Shown here piece after piece: positions 42,901 through 52,186 of a stretch of 64,000 bases of DNA. The stretch lies in NCBI GenBank assembly GCA_918797485.1, contig CAKKNE010000001.1:744001-808000 (forward strand), given 5' to 3'. Position numbers and translations under genes: made by a program. Each line of letters opens with the position of its first letter. Positions within the stretch are counted from its first letter, which is position 1. The notes under the pieces are model-generated. The model saw only the letters and a program-made list of their open reading frames with translations, was not told the origin of the DNA and made no database searches. This stretch comes from Pelagomonas calceolata (lineage: Eukaryota).

Positions 42901-43112
42901 CCATCTTCATCAAGTAAAGCGAAGGCGAGCTTGTTTTTGGGCGCTTTTGCGGAAGGTTGCAAGCTGACGAAGGCGAAGGGGTAGCGCTTCGTGTCCGCCG
43001 GTCTTTTGGCATTTACGACGACCAAAGCGTCCTCCTCGAGGCTTACGTCTCTTTGTTGCCACGCGGCGAGGCCGAAGGGGCGCGGTACTTTCTTCTCGAG
43101 GGTGCCGTGCAT
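39981..43112 (-). CDS. Formin with PH, Pro-rich FH1-like repeats, PDZ-like and FH2 domains
   Basis: PH (HGTLEKK...WQQR...RWTRAIQ), about 5 AAL.NLFAARAPPP repeats, GPLGIKF PDZ-like loop, and FH2 (KNIHWD, KAQNLEITL, LALGNRLNQG, L.DLEKL..TK....TAMDYL). Confidence 0.88.
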   Translation of the reverse strand: MHGTLEKKVPRPFGLAAWQQRDVSLEEDALVVVNAKRPADTKRYPFAFVSLQPSAKAPKNKLAFALLDEDGDAELTLAVETKFAHQRWTRAIQERLDAQKQKEQEPATPTPPPSKVVLGDRTNTKVRLVEAKKPPTPKKTPSSSPDATLGSFGESGSDLTPAPRAVVEKALSTKKRTPQGSKVVTYAQGAHAAAAAPAEPAASGEPTASAAKAERARGLVAGEMECAVSEEAVVEEAPKEEKFAALSNLFAARAPPPPAADEPPKEEKFAALNNLFAARAPPPPPAEPPKEEKHAALSNLFAARAAPPAPPKEDKHAALSDLLAARAAPPAPPSPPPAPPNKVKSGAFANIGALFACRRAPPSPAPYERFSLTFVKGPLGIKFETSERPRVEEVTSDSEHRASLQPGDEVVGIGKTSFFEKEDDVEKGGDGVFSTDDCYELLADAVEREAFPLVIHLRRRRKAASKPSTPVLEVKKAAPVDDKLLEPYLKMKKFGLDADCAMHKAKQDGKLDANGMNALREALGLKPATPIKKAEEPVDESKLFAAKKKKKVGVPLEKIMATVVGEGCNHATLVAIARAIGAPIPEASTVQAAPQSTTKNIHWDGLSSPSIQRRKGSLWGRSGRRKRESLGARAESLFTENQAASEMLEEMFALAPAPKKASKPTGEKEVQLLEGTKAQNLEITLANLRDVKPWPPTEDESSSDSIVLGLNDCRNLCADAPGLVRALVATGLGSDDVERCAPPDVLRRLVENMPDAETCRKVAEAASKTPDAKFNKATAFVVAAHGFGLARFKACLQGAATCGEAPAELEACVDAAKTASQACRLAREEPMLRAACHAALALGNRLNQGSRRGSAVAVRLVDLEKLSQTKGKGGKTAMDYLARVLEDDAFDREEGLDGAEIDRALRIIAPKLKAGAENAIAEKTLEVKQREMNALNALDHFVKGVPKKTKSADDEAVAAFVRNVPEASKATRDALNEAKKALDEMHQEQKLLREYVGDKAMQIPEILESIASFSSKLVASRTVLMAELGSSSRRSSVQTTSSA

Positions 43113-43348
43113 CTTGTTTTTTGTCTTGCGCGCGCGCTGTGGGCTTCTCGCGTCCGCGGGGCGGCGCTCGGCGGCTGTCCGCCCTCTGACGGCTGTTACT
43201 CGACGGGTACCGAGCCAATCGCGATGCGGTCTGCGTACAACCCGCGGCGCAGCTGTCAAGGCGCTTTTTCCTGAAACGCCAAGCGCTGTCAGGCCTTCCA
43301 CCGCCACGAGCGCACGTAAAATGCGCCGCACAAACGGGATGCTAATAC

Positions 43349-43367
43349 CTAGACGTTACACACTAGC
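43349..43367 (+). promoter_or_regulatory. Short-spacer bipartite CTAG element in divergent promoter
   Basis: CTAGacGTTACACACTAGC. Confidence 0.5.
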
Positions 43368-43760
43368 GCGCCAAAATTACGCTAGACGTACAAACACCCG
43401 CCGCCGAGAGCTCTGCCAGGCCTGCGTCGATGACTCCCCAGCTTTTTGGGGGGCCTAGCACTCGACTCCCTGTTTCTGGCGCCACACTCATTGAATAGCG
43501 TCCGCGGCCGCGTCGCAACGACCGAAGACATCGATTGGAAGCCGGCAGCCGTCGGCCGGATCACTTCCTCGCGCCGGGGCAGCGATCGCTTCGTGCGAGA
43601 GCACATGCAACATTAAGCTTCAGAGAGGCCGCAGAATGACGCGCACGTGCCGCGGCGACCGCAGCGGATCACGCCGTCGACGCGCACGAGAGAAGCCTAG
43701 CATCTCGCCTCTACGCGCGGAGCATCACGTTTCACCGATTCGCGCAGGCACCCTCCCACC

Positions 43761-44204
43761 ATGGCGCCGCCGCTCCACGTCAAGGCCGTCGCCGGCCTCG
43801 TGAACGGCTTCGTGCTCATCGCTGGTATCAGAAATGTGGCCGCGCCCGGCTATCCGTTACCAATTATCCCGGAAGACTCGGCCTTCCAGGACCACTTCCA
43901 CGACGGCTCGCGGAAGGTCGAGTTCCTCTTCCAGATGTTAGGTGTGTGCTTCTGCGCCATGGCTTTCAATAAACTGGTCGCCGTCTTCACCACCCCCGAG
44001 TCGACGTTCTTAAGGCAGAAGCTCTTCTTCACGTATGGATTGTGCGACCTGGCCATGGCCGTCGTCGTCTTCCAGTACAAGGGTCTACCCATGAGCGTCA
44101 CGGGCGGCTTCGCGGCGATGCACGCCGTTGAAGGTGCCGCGTTTTTGCATGATGCTCTCATGCGGAAGCGGGCCGTGAAGAAGGCGGCGGGCAAGAAGAA
44201 GTAG
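43761..44204 (+). CDS. Small multi-pass membrane protein with Lys-rich C-terminus
   Basis: About 4 hydrophobic segments, ends KKAAGKKK, good Kozak context CCACCATGG. Confidence 0.75.
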   Translation: MAPPLHVKAVAGLVNGFVLIAGIRNVAAPGYPLPIIPEDSAFQDHFHDGSRKVEFLFQMLGVCFCAMAFNKLVAVFTTPESTFLRQKLFFTYGLCDLAMAVVVFQYKGLPMSVTGGFAAMHAVEGAAFLHDALMRKRAVKKAAGKKK

Positions 44205-44246
44205 GTCATCCCCGGCATGGGCGCCGTTGTAAGCTCTCAACTATTC

Positions 44247-46121
44247 TTAGGACCACGGCCACCCCCACCCCTTCCGCGCCGGCGGCTCCTCCGGCGGCGA
44301 AGCCTCCTTGGTGGCGGGCGCCGCGTCCCGCGCCTTCGCCCGTGCGAAGCTGTCCTCCTTCGCCCGCCGCTCGGCAGCTCTCTCCGCGTCCTGCTTCTCG
44401 AAGGCGCGGCGGTGCTCGTGGACGTCCCCGAAGGGCTGGAAGGGCTTGAGCTCGGGCCAGTAGTAGGCAATCAACTCGTCCTTCAGGGGAAACTCCTGGG
44501 GCCGGTCCACGACCTCGGCGCCCGCGTCCCACTCCTCCCTCCGCTTGGCGTCGGAGAGGATCTCGTGCGCCCGCGCCACTCTTGTAAATTCGTCGTGCGA
44601 ACCACCTTTATCCGGGTGGCACTCGCGCGACGCCTGGCGGTAGGCCCTTCGTAATTCATTTTCCGTAAAGTCGCAGGGAACGTCCAGAGTAGCATACACA
44701 TCATCAAAGGTCGTCTTCGCGTCGAAGCCGACGCGCTCGATGCGATCCGCCGTCGTGTCCACTAATTTATTGCGATTATACCGCATCTGGATCGCGATCG
44801 GGTTCGACGCCGCCGTGAGCCCAATCACGTCGGCCTCGTCGCCCTGGCTCCAGAAGCCCCGCAAATCTTGTCTGGCGCGCACGACGTCGCCGACCTTGAA
44901 GCCCGTATCTCCAATAGGGGCTCCACAACCAACAGCTTTAGCTCGGACGCGTCCCAGCAGCATCCATGCACCTAGGCCCGGTAATGCCCTGTCAGCATTA
45001 TAGGCTCTATCTAAGGCTTGTAACGCGCCACACGGTGAATGAACGTCGAACATGGCCAAGGCTCTTTCCAATAGAGAGGAGGCCTCGTCTCCAGCAGACG
45101 CGACCTCGATCGCCTTCCCGGGGTCGCCACTCCTCCTGAGACAGTAGCTCACGGCGGCTCTAGCGTTAGGTAAGCCCTTGGCCAAGGCTGCCCTCGCTTG
45201 CTCGATTCCATCAGACTGGCCGTCTCTACAGGCTCTTCGTGCGTTCTTCACCACATCACTATCGACCAGTTCATTTTCATCCGTTGTCACGTTCCCTTCC
45301 AGTAAGTGACTGACGGACACCGTCGGGAACACACCGTCCTCGACGACGGGCGGGCCACCCCGCGACGCCCGCCGGCAGTCCTCGTCATGTCTCCGTTTCT
45401 GGTGAATTAATTCATCCAGTCGATCCCGAGACATGATCGCGACGACCTGCCACGGCCGCATCGCATCGCCGTACGCATCGTCTTCCAACATTACACGCTT
45501 CTCCTTAGACTGCTCAAGGGGCCGCAACCGCCACGCGCCCATATTCAGTCTACGACCATCCTTCTTTCTTTCCCACAGTATGGGCCGTTCCGCGTCGGCC
45601 ATGTTGTTCTGTACTATAATACCTTCTTCATTCGCTTCCCACCAGCCCTCTTCCGCCGCATACGTCTCCGCTTTTTCCCCGACCCGCCAATAATGGAAAT
45701 TTCTATTCACAGGTAACCACGTTCGAGCATTGCCCGGGATGTAGTGCTTGCCCGGTTGCGCGAGGAAATCCCTCCCCTGCTCGTCGATCCAGAGCCACTC
45801 CCTGTCCGCTCCATTTATACCACTCCAGCCTCGCACAGTAGCAGAGGCCACTTTGAAATTGTTGTCGACGTGCTTCCAGGACAACTCGCAGTAGTGGGGC
45901 AGTTTATGATCTAACTCGGGCTGGCGCACATAGATGCCGTTCATATTTTGTAGATCACTACCACCAACGAAGAAGCCGACCGGCCACTGGTCGACGACGC
46001 CCCAGCCGCCGCTCCTTCGGTTGTTTTGCGGGCCGCCGCCGGGCACTAAAGCGCCGGGGCCGACGAGTTGGGCGGTTGCCGCGTTGCAGCCGAGGAGGAG
46101 TAGGAGTCGTGGTGCGGACAT
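44247..46121 (-). CDS. Secretory-pathway J-domain (DnaJ) protein
   Basis: Signal peptide MSAPRLLLLLGCNAATA. C-terminal J domain Y..L.V......ELRRAYRQ.SRECHPDKGG....F..V.RA.EILSD..RR..WD. Confidence 0.85.
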   Translation of the reverse strand: MSAPRLLLLLGCNAATAQLVGPGALVPGGGPQNNRRSGGWGVVDQWPVGFFVGGSDLQNMNGIYVRQPELDHKLPHYCELSWKHVDNNFKVASATVRGWSGINGADREWLWIDEQGRDFLAQPGKHYIPGNARTWLPVNRNFHYWRVGEKAETYAAEEGWWEANEEGIIVQNNMADAERPILWERKKDGRRLNMGAWRLRPLEQSKEKRVMLEDDAYGDAMRPWQVVAIMSRDRLDELIHQKRRHDEDCRRASRGGPPVVEDGVFPTVSVSHLLEGNVTTDENELVDSDVVKNARRACRDGQSDGIEQARAALAKGLPNARAAVSYCLRRSGDPGKAIEVASAGDEASSLLERALAMFDVHSPCGALQALDRAYNADRALPGLGAWMLLGRVRAKAVGCGAPIGDTGFKVGDVVRARQDLRGFWSQGDEADVIGLTAASNPIAIQMRYNRNKLVDTTADRIERVGFDAKTTFDDVYATLDVPCDFTENELRRAYRQASRECHPDKGGSHDEFTRVARAHEILSDAKRREEWDAGAEVVDRPQEFPLKDELIAYYWPELKPFQPFGDVHEHRRAFEKQDAERAAERRAKEDSFARAKARDAAPATKEASPPEEPPARKGWGWPWS

Positions 46122-46329
46122 TTTTGGTAGCCTTGCGCGCGTCGACGGCGAATGCTGTGCAGATTTGTGCCAATCTCCTGTCTGTCGGCTTGAGCTGTGT
46201 TCGAGCGCTCGAGAAGCTGCCAAAAGCGCGACAGCGACTTGAGGACGCAGCAAAAGATAGTTTTGTATCTCGCGAAGTCTGGAGCAGCAGCGCTGTGACT
46301 CCTCCTCCGTTTGCCCGACAATAATTCGT

Positions 46330-46353
46330 GCTAGCGGCCTGTAAGACACTAGC
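46330..46353 (+). promoter_or_regulatory. Bipartite CTAG element in divergent promoter
   Basis: GCTAGCGgcctGTAAGACACTAGC. Confidence 0.65.
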
Positions 46354-46568
46354 AATCGATTTCCAAGCGCGCGTCGCAGCAATGCTTTGCTTATGAGTGT
46401 CAAGGAAACACATTCGAACTGATCTTACATCCCTCTTGCTGCTGCCGCATCGCTTTGGCCGCGAAAGCCCCTCAGTTACGCGTACAAGCAAGTGTACCAC
46501 ACCAAGGCCTCCTTTTGAGCGCCTTAACCGTCCGCATTGTCATCGCTGGTGACGCAAAACACACACTG

Positions 46569-47324
46569 ATGCCGCCGCCCTGGAAGGTAGTTGCCGCCAG
46601 TGCCGCCGCCTGCGCGCTCGCCGTATGGCTCCTCGTCGACGACGACGAAAACGAGGACGACGAGAACGCGCGGCAGCTCTGTGAGCTCTGCCTCGACAGA
46701 CCCGAGGATGAGGAAACGGACATGACCTTCGGGCTCTGCTACCAGTGCGGCCGTATGCACTGTTCCACTTGTCGCAAGAAGATGATGATGGCACAAATGC
46801 AAAAGGTCCAACTCAACGAGCCAAAAATGTTCGGCGCCAAGTGCCCCTGGTGCCGCTCGCCGATGGAGTCGGCGACGCCTCGTTATTTATTACTACGGGA
46901 ATTACTCGAGCGGAGGCCGAAGGGACGCCACGTCAAGCACTGCTTGTTCGAATGCGCGGTCATGCGGGAAATTGGGCTAGGATGCAACAAGGATATGGCC
47001 GACGCGATCAAAATGCACGAGCAGGCCGCGGCGAGGGGCCATGGCCAGGCCTGTTACCGACTCGGGGGCTTCTACGACGACGGCATCGGCGTCGAGCGGG
47101 ACCCGGCGGCCGCGCTCCGGTGGTACGAACGCGGGCGCGAGCTGGGCGATCCGAACGCGACGGGCTGTTGTGCCTCGGAGGCCACGCGGCACTTTTGTGC
47201 TGTGGCCCGCGCCGAGACCAGAAAACGAGTCGCGTCGCGGCCGTGGGAGCGGACGCCCGAGGACCTCGCCATGGCTGGACTCATCCAGATGGAGGATCCC
47301 GAGGACGATGAACTAGAAACGTAA
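46569..47324 (+). CDS. Membrane-anchored RING finger plus SEL1-like repeat protein
   Basis: N-terminal TM, CELC...CYQCG..HCSTC...CPWCR, and SEL1 A.Y.LG.FY..G.GV.RD...AL.WY. Confidence 0.82.
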   Translation: MPPPWKVVAASAAACALAVWLLVDDDENEDDENARQLCELCLDRPEDEETDMTFGLCYQCGRMHCSTCRKKMMMAQMQKVQLNEPKMFGAKCPWCRSPMESATPRYLLLRELLERRPKGRHVKHCLFECAVMREIGLGCNKDMADAIKMHEQAAARGHGQACYRLGGFYDDGIGVERDPAAALRWYERGRELGDPNATGCCASEATRHFCAVARAETRKRVASRPWERTPEDLAMAGLIQMEDPEDDELET

Positions 47325-47392
47325 CGTTGTGATGACATTTACGAATTAGGCGCCGCCGCCAGAGCGAGGGGGGGGGCGCAAGCAAGAGAGAA

Positions 47393-49132
47393 CTACCGAC
47401 GGCGCTTCGCCGGCGCGGGCGCGCGCGCCGGCTCGCCCTCGACCTCGACGCGCGGCAGCCGCCCCGGCGAGTCGCCCCTTCTTTTACGATGCAAGCGCGG
47501 CAAGACCCAGCGCTCCACGGCAGAAAGAGCATCCCCAAAACCGAAGGGCTTGGATATGACGTCGTCGAACGCGAGCGCGATCGCGTCGTCGTCGTCGTCC
47601 AGATCTTGCAAAGCCGCCCGAGAATCGTCGTCGTCGTCCTCGAACTCCTCGCGCGGGAGAGCGGCTGCGGTGACGGCGACGACCGGGGCCGTGGCGCCCG
47701 CCGCCCTTAAACGACGCGCCGCGGCGCATCCACCCATAATCGGCATCGCCAGATCCAGCAAGCACAGTACCACGCACCGCTTCCGGTTCTTGGCGTCGTC
47801 GTGGACCGCTTGGCAGGCTTGTTGGCCGTCGCAGGCCTCTTCCACCAAGACGTCGCCGGCGCAGCCCAAGGACGTTAAAGCTCGTTCCAACGCTCGGACG
47901 TGCAATTTTCTTGCAACTGCGGAGTCATCAACAACGAGGACACAAGGCGTCCGCGGCGTCTCGGACGTCTGCCTATCCAAGAGTTGATCTAAAGCTTTCG
48001 CTCGTTCTCTTCGTTCCGCGTGGAGAAGCATGAGTAAACCGCGCAACCCACCGGCTCGGAGACTAGCGCCGACGCCTTCTGCTAGCTTCAAAGCGGAAGT
48101 GACGGGCTTCGTGCCACTCACCGCACAAGGGCCATGAGGCAGCGCGTGCGCCCACAGTAATTCATGTGCTAAAGATGAGGTAACGGGCCCGCCGATGGTC
48201 CGCATCGACGTCCTTGGACGCGCGTCGTCGTCGGAGGGCGCTTGCACAGCTACCACCGAGACACCTTGCAAGCCCGCGGCCGCGGTAATTGCGGCACCAA
48301 CATCCCCTCCATCGCACAGTACTAAACGAAACCGAGGCCCACTTCTCTCGTCCATCCGTCGTCGACACGACGACGCGTTGGAGAAGCCCTCCACCGCTAA
48401 AGCTCGCGCGATGTTGGCACCAATTGACCGCGCGGCATCTCTCAAAACCTCGACGCACTTTTTTCGTCGTTCCGGATCAGAATCCAACACGGCGACTCCC
48501 ACAACACCGCCCGACAGCCGCCCGTCGGACCGCCGCAACGACGTGACGGAGGCCCACGCCCGCGACTCGCCGATCCGCATCTGACCGAACTGAGGGGACG
48601 GCGGCGCGGAGCCTTCGCTCGACGCGCGCGGTCTCGACGGAGGTCGCGGCGCGTCGGGCTCCGGCGAGAGGAAGGCGAAGGTGCCCGCCGGTGGCGCGGA
48701 TTCGCGCGGCGGCGGCGGCAGGCCGCCGGGCCGCCCGAAGTCCGCCGGGGCCGCGTGTCTCGAAGCGCAGAGGCCCGCGATCTTGGAAAAGGTCGCGCCC
48801 GCGTCATTTACAGAACGCGTCGCGCCGTCGGGGCTCTCCGTCGACACCGAGGGCATGGCGCGCGTCGCCGGCGCGGGCGTCGGCGCGGCGGACGACGGCG
48901 CGACGCGCGTCGCGGGCCGCGCGGCGCCCGCGCGCGGCGAGTCCGACATGGCGCTGGACCGCGCGTCATTCGCGCGCGGCGAGTCCGTCATGGCGCCGCT
49001 GCTTTGGAGATTCGCGCGCGGCGAGTCCGTCATGGCCGTGGGCGGCGGCGGCTCGGGCGCCATGATCTTCCGGTGCGACGGCGACGGCGGGCTCTCGGCC
49101 ATCGCAGAGGCCATATCTAAATGAGAATGCAC
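47393..49132 (-). CDS. Response-regulator receiver protein (degenerate REC plus intact REC)
   Basis: VLVVDDS.V.R...A.DG..A...LLDL.MPIMGG...A.RLR.....PVVAVTA...D.VISKPF, with an upstream VAVLDSD..RR...RLVLCD pseudo-receiver. Confidence 0.82.
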   Translation of the reverse strand: MHSHLDMASAMAESPPSPSHRKIMAPEPPPPTAMTDSPRANLQSSGAMTDSPRANDARSSAMSDSPRAGAARPATRVAPSSAAPTPAPATRAMPSVSTESPDGATRSVNDAGATFSKIAGLCASRHAAPADFGRPGGLPPPPRESAPPAGTFAFLSPEPDAPRPPSRPRASSEGSAPPSPQFGQMRIGESRAWASVTSLRRSDGRLSGGVVGVAVLDSDPERRKKCVEVLRDAARSIGANIARALAVEGFSNASSCRRRMDERSGPRFRLVLCDGGDVGAAITAAAGLQGVSVVAVQAPSDDDARPRTSMRTIGGPVTSSLAHELLWAHALPHGPCAVSGTKPVTSALKLAEGVGASLRAGGLRGLLMLLHAERRERAKALDQLLDRQTSETPRTPCVLVVDDSAVARKLHVRALERALTSLGCAGDVLVEEACDGQQACQAVHDDAKNRKRCVVLCLLDLAMPIMGGCAAARRLRAAGATAPVVAVTAAALPREEFEDDDDDSRAALQDLDDDDDAIALAFDDVISKPFGFGDALSAVERWVLPRLHRKRRGDSPGRLPRVEVEGEPARAPAPAKRRR

Positions 49133-49623
49133 TTTCGGCCGAGTCTGGCCAGCTATTACAAAGCGGGGGCCGTCCTAGGCGCTATTTTTGACGCTGCTCT
49201 AGAAGTGGGATATCGGCGGCATCGGCGTCCCTCGCGCTGGGGATTTCGCTGCTCCCACGGTAGGTGTGGTCGTAGAGATGTATCCCTGCAGCTGCCAAGC
49301 TCGACAGACGTCTAGGCGCAGAGCCAGCGCAGGAAATATCAAGCCGCTCTCCTCCTCCCAAGTTGAGGTCGTTCTAGTCTGGGCAAGCGCGAAAACAGAA
49401 GCCGACCGCTGCGCCCCACGAGTCCCGGGGCGGTCGCAACGGGCACGGATGGCTCGCAAAGAGTTCATTCGTGCGGGTATACACGCTCAAATTCCGGCCG
49501 GCCCAAGCCCTTGGGCAGGGGGCTGCCCGACGCGGTCGGCGCGGGCCGCGCACCAGCCGGCTGCCACCTCCAAGCGCTCACCATAGATCTAGGACGCGAG
49601 CGCCGCCCCACAAAATACCAGTG

Positions 49624-50625
49624 ATGGCTGCCCTCACGAGCCCCGGAGTCGGTATATCGGTCAACGTGTCCAGGAGAGACAGCCAGGAGTACTTGAGGTT
49701 GCACCAGCTCGAACCTTATCTCGAGGACGCCGCCGTCTACGCCCTCTACGCGGAAGACGACTTAACACATGAGGAGCGTTTGCGCGACTACTTCCGACAA
49801 GTGTTATCATTAGAACACATCTATGGAAGAGAATATACATATGTAAGCAGTACGGCCTGGAATAGACGAGCCTTCGTGGTTGCTTTTCGGAAATGTGTCC
49901 ACCCGCTGCGGGACATGGACCTCACGGTTCCCGACTTCCACCAATTATTGATAGTCATATGCCCGGACTTTCCACGTAGTACATTAGATAGCATCATCCA
50001 CGTCCTCCCAAGGGCGTTACAAAGTGACGGCAAGTTCCACTGCGGCACACTGAGTACTGCCTTCGAGGTCCACTGGTACCATTCGAAGTTTCTGTCGGCA
50101 TTGGATCCCTTCTTCCGGAGACTAGTAAGGATTGATGACGGCGTGGCCGTGCCGACGGGTAAAGAAGAAGGTGAGAGTGCCGCTTTGCCTCTGGCCGATC
50201 TAGAGAAGGCTGTTGTTTATCTCAATGCCACGAAGGGTAAACGGTCGCACCCCGCGGCCATTTCGTGGGAAGTGGTGGAGCAGTGTTTGAATGATGCCGG
50301 GTTCCGGGACGCCGTGTCGTTTCGCCGGCTCTGTCAATGTTTGCTACAGTCCGAGGTGCTCGCGCGGCGCCTGCACACGCCGCCTCTACCTATGCGGAGC
50401 ATGGACCGTATCCATGCTATTTTAACACCGCCGCCCAAACCCTCGGTACCGGAAACGACGGAGGAGGAACCCGTCGTCGAGGAGAAGCCGCCTCTACGAA
50501 AGCGGTCGCTGCGCAAGAAGGTCAACTCGACGATGCGGCTGGCGCTCGCCGCGCGGAAGCGCGAGAACGCCGAGCGCGCGGCGGCGGCCCAAGCGGGCGG
50601 GGGGGGCGGCGCCGACGAGGAGTAG
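49624..50625 (+). CDS. CSTPP1: CSTPP1/C11orf49 (UPF0705) homolog
   Basis: EYL......YLEDA...YF..V....HI..REY.YV.ST..NR.AF..AF......LT..DFH.LL..ICPDFP. Confidence 0.75.
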   Translation: MAALTSPGVGISVNVSRRDSQEYLRLHQLEPYLEDAAVYALYAEDDLTHEERLRDYFRQVLSLEHIYGREYTYVSSTAWNRRAFVVAFRKCVHPLRDMDLTVPDFHQLLIVICPDFPRSTLDSIIHVLPRALQSDGKFHCGTLSTAFEVHWYHSKFLSALDPFFRRLVRIDDGVAVPTGKEEGESAALPLADLEKAVVYLNATKGKRSHPAAISWEVVEQCLNDAGFRDAVSFRRLCQCLLQSEVLARRLHTPPLPMRSMDRIHAILTPPPKPSVPETTEEEPVVEEKPPLRKRSLRKKVNSTMRLALAARKRENAERAAAAQAGGGGGADEE

Positions 50626-50902
50626 TGTGTAACGTTGTTGTGTTTTCGTCTGAGCGGTCGCGGCGGCGCCCGCGTCGGGGCTCCCCGAGTCGAGCGCCTC
50701 CGGGGCCCACGGCCGCGTTGCCTTCGTTTGAGCGCGGCGACGGCGTCGGGGCCCCGCGGCCGCGTTGGCCTGGGTATACTCAGTTTCGCGGCGGCCGCGA
50801 CCGCCGCGCCGCCCGCACGTTGTTGGAACTCCGTCTACTCGTGCTACTCGCCTTGGAGTCCGTGCGGAGAGGTGCGCGAGAGTGACTACGCATGCGCGGA
50901 AC

Positions 50903-50915
50903 GCTAGTGTGTTAC
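50903..50915 (-). promoter_or_regulatory. Half copy of the CTAG element just upstream of the ATPase fragment
   Basis: Reverse complement reads GTAACACACTAGC. Confidence 0.4.
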
Positions 50916-50953
50916 TTTCGCTGGCTCCGCATAACCAGCCAAGTATTTGGCCG

Positions 50954-51965
50954 CTCGCGGCGACGTTCCACATCGTGACGTTTCTTTGTTTACTGACGTT
51001 GTACCGGAACTGCTCGCTCAAGCCTTTATATGTCATTCTCCTGGCGTTGTTTAACGACCTGACGCTCACGCCCGTCTCGAAGGACTACGCGGACGCGTCG
51101 AAGGACCCCGTGGACCCGCGCCTGAAGCCGATCATCATCCTGGCCGTGGTGTACGCCATCGTCTATGTGGCGGGTTCCTTGATCTATTATGAATTGGCGA
51201 CGAACTCGGGCCTCGAACTTTTATCGAGACACCGCAAACTAAAGTTCGTGACGCGCGAGGGCATCCACCTGTGTCCGTACTGAATCGTCGCGTCGACCTC
51301 CACGCCATCGACGCGACGCCTGCTCGATAGCGCGCCCGGCCGACTCACTGTTTGATTTCCACACAGGCATCCACCAGTGCACGCGCTACGTCCAGGCGGC
51401 GTTGTTTCTGGAGATCGGTTTGTGCGCCGAGTTTCTGATTTTTTCAGCTAGAGCGCCGGGCGTCTTCTTCATGTCGAGACCGAGCCCGTACCTCATGCTG
51501 GGGACGGCCATCGGGGCCATCGTCCTCTCGCTGTTAGTACGCTTCGCCAACGGTTTTGGTGATCTCACGGGCACGGACGTTATTTATTGTTGGATCTACT
51601 CGATCATCATCTTCCTCCTCGCGGACTGCGCGAAGCTGATATTTATTGCCTCGTTCCACATCACGAGCGGCGTCTTGGAGGAGCTCCCCGACGACCACGA
51701 GGCTCATGATGCAGAGGAGCACATCGACGACGACCACAAGGAGCTCCTCCAGGGCAAGCGCGGCTCGGTCCACAAGCGGCCGAAGGTCGCGGCGACGAAC
51801 CCCGGCGGCCTCAAGGGCCTGCTCACGCACGGCAACACGCGCGACGCGGGCATGGCCATCTACCCGTCGCTCGAGGACGCGTCCTTCACGCACTTAACTG
51901 GCCCGCAGAAGGTCGCGAAGCGCGCGCAGCGCCGGTCGTCGCGCGGCAGCGTCGTGTCCTACTAG
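50954..51965 (+). pseudogene. C-terminal fragment (about TM5-TM10) of a P3A plasma-membrane H+-ATPase, interrupted by an introner
   Basis: LAATFHIV, VILLALFNDLT...VSKD, FLEIG...FLIFSARA...FF..RPS. Removing the GC-AG intron 51261-51366 fuses the frames. There is no A/P/N domain (no DKTGT) upstream. Confidence 0.75.
51269..51366. mobile_element. Introner element with perfect 8-bp TSD (GC-AG intron)
   Basis: GCATCCAC (51261-51268) - CTGTGT ... TTGATTTCCACACAG - GCATCCAC (51367-51374). Confidence 0.92.
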
Positions 51966-52186
51966 GTGCGCGGCGGCGCGCCTTTCTCCCCTTATATCCC
52001 CGATCCCTTCCCCTGACGCCCCGTAGTAATCTGAGGTGTCCTTTCGCATTTCTCTGGCTCCGCAACCCGCGTGGGATGGGCTCGCGTCGACAGGGCTTCG
52101 TCGTAACTACGCGTACAGCGCCAGCTCGCGTTGCATGCATCTCCGAGACGCAGCGGCGTCTGTGACCGCGCACGCTGCCCGCAACC

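Noticed and set aside
43113..43331. N-terminal ORF extensions from upstream alternative starts (formin, NDK, DnaJ, FRA10AC1, MYND-RING-TPR)
   Set aside because: They are non-homologous, run through promoter elements, and a downstream ATG coincides with the first conserved domain or signal peptide.
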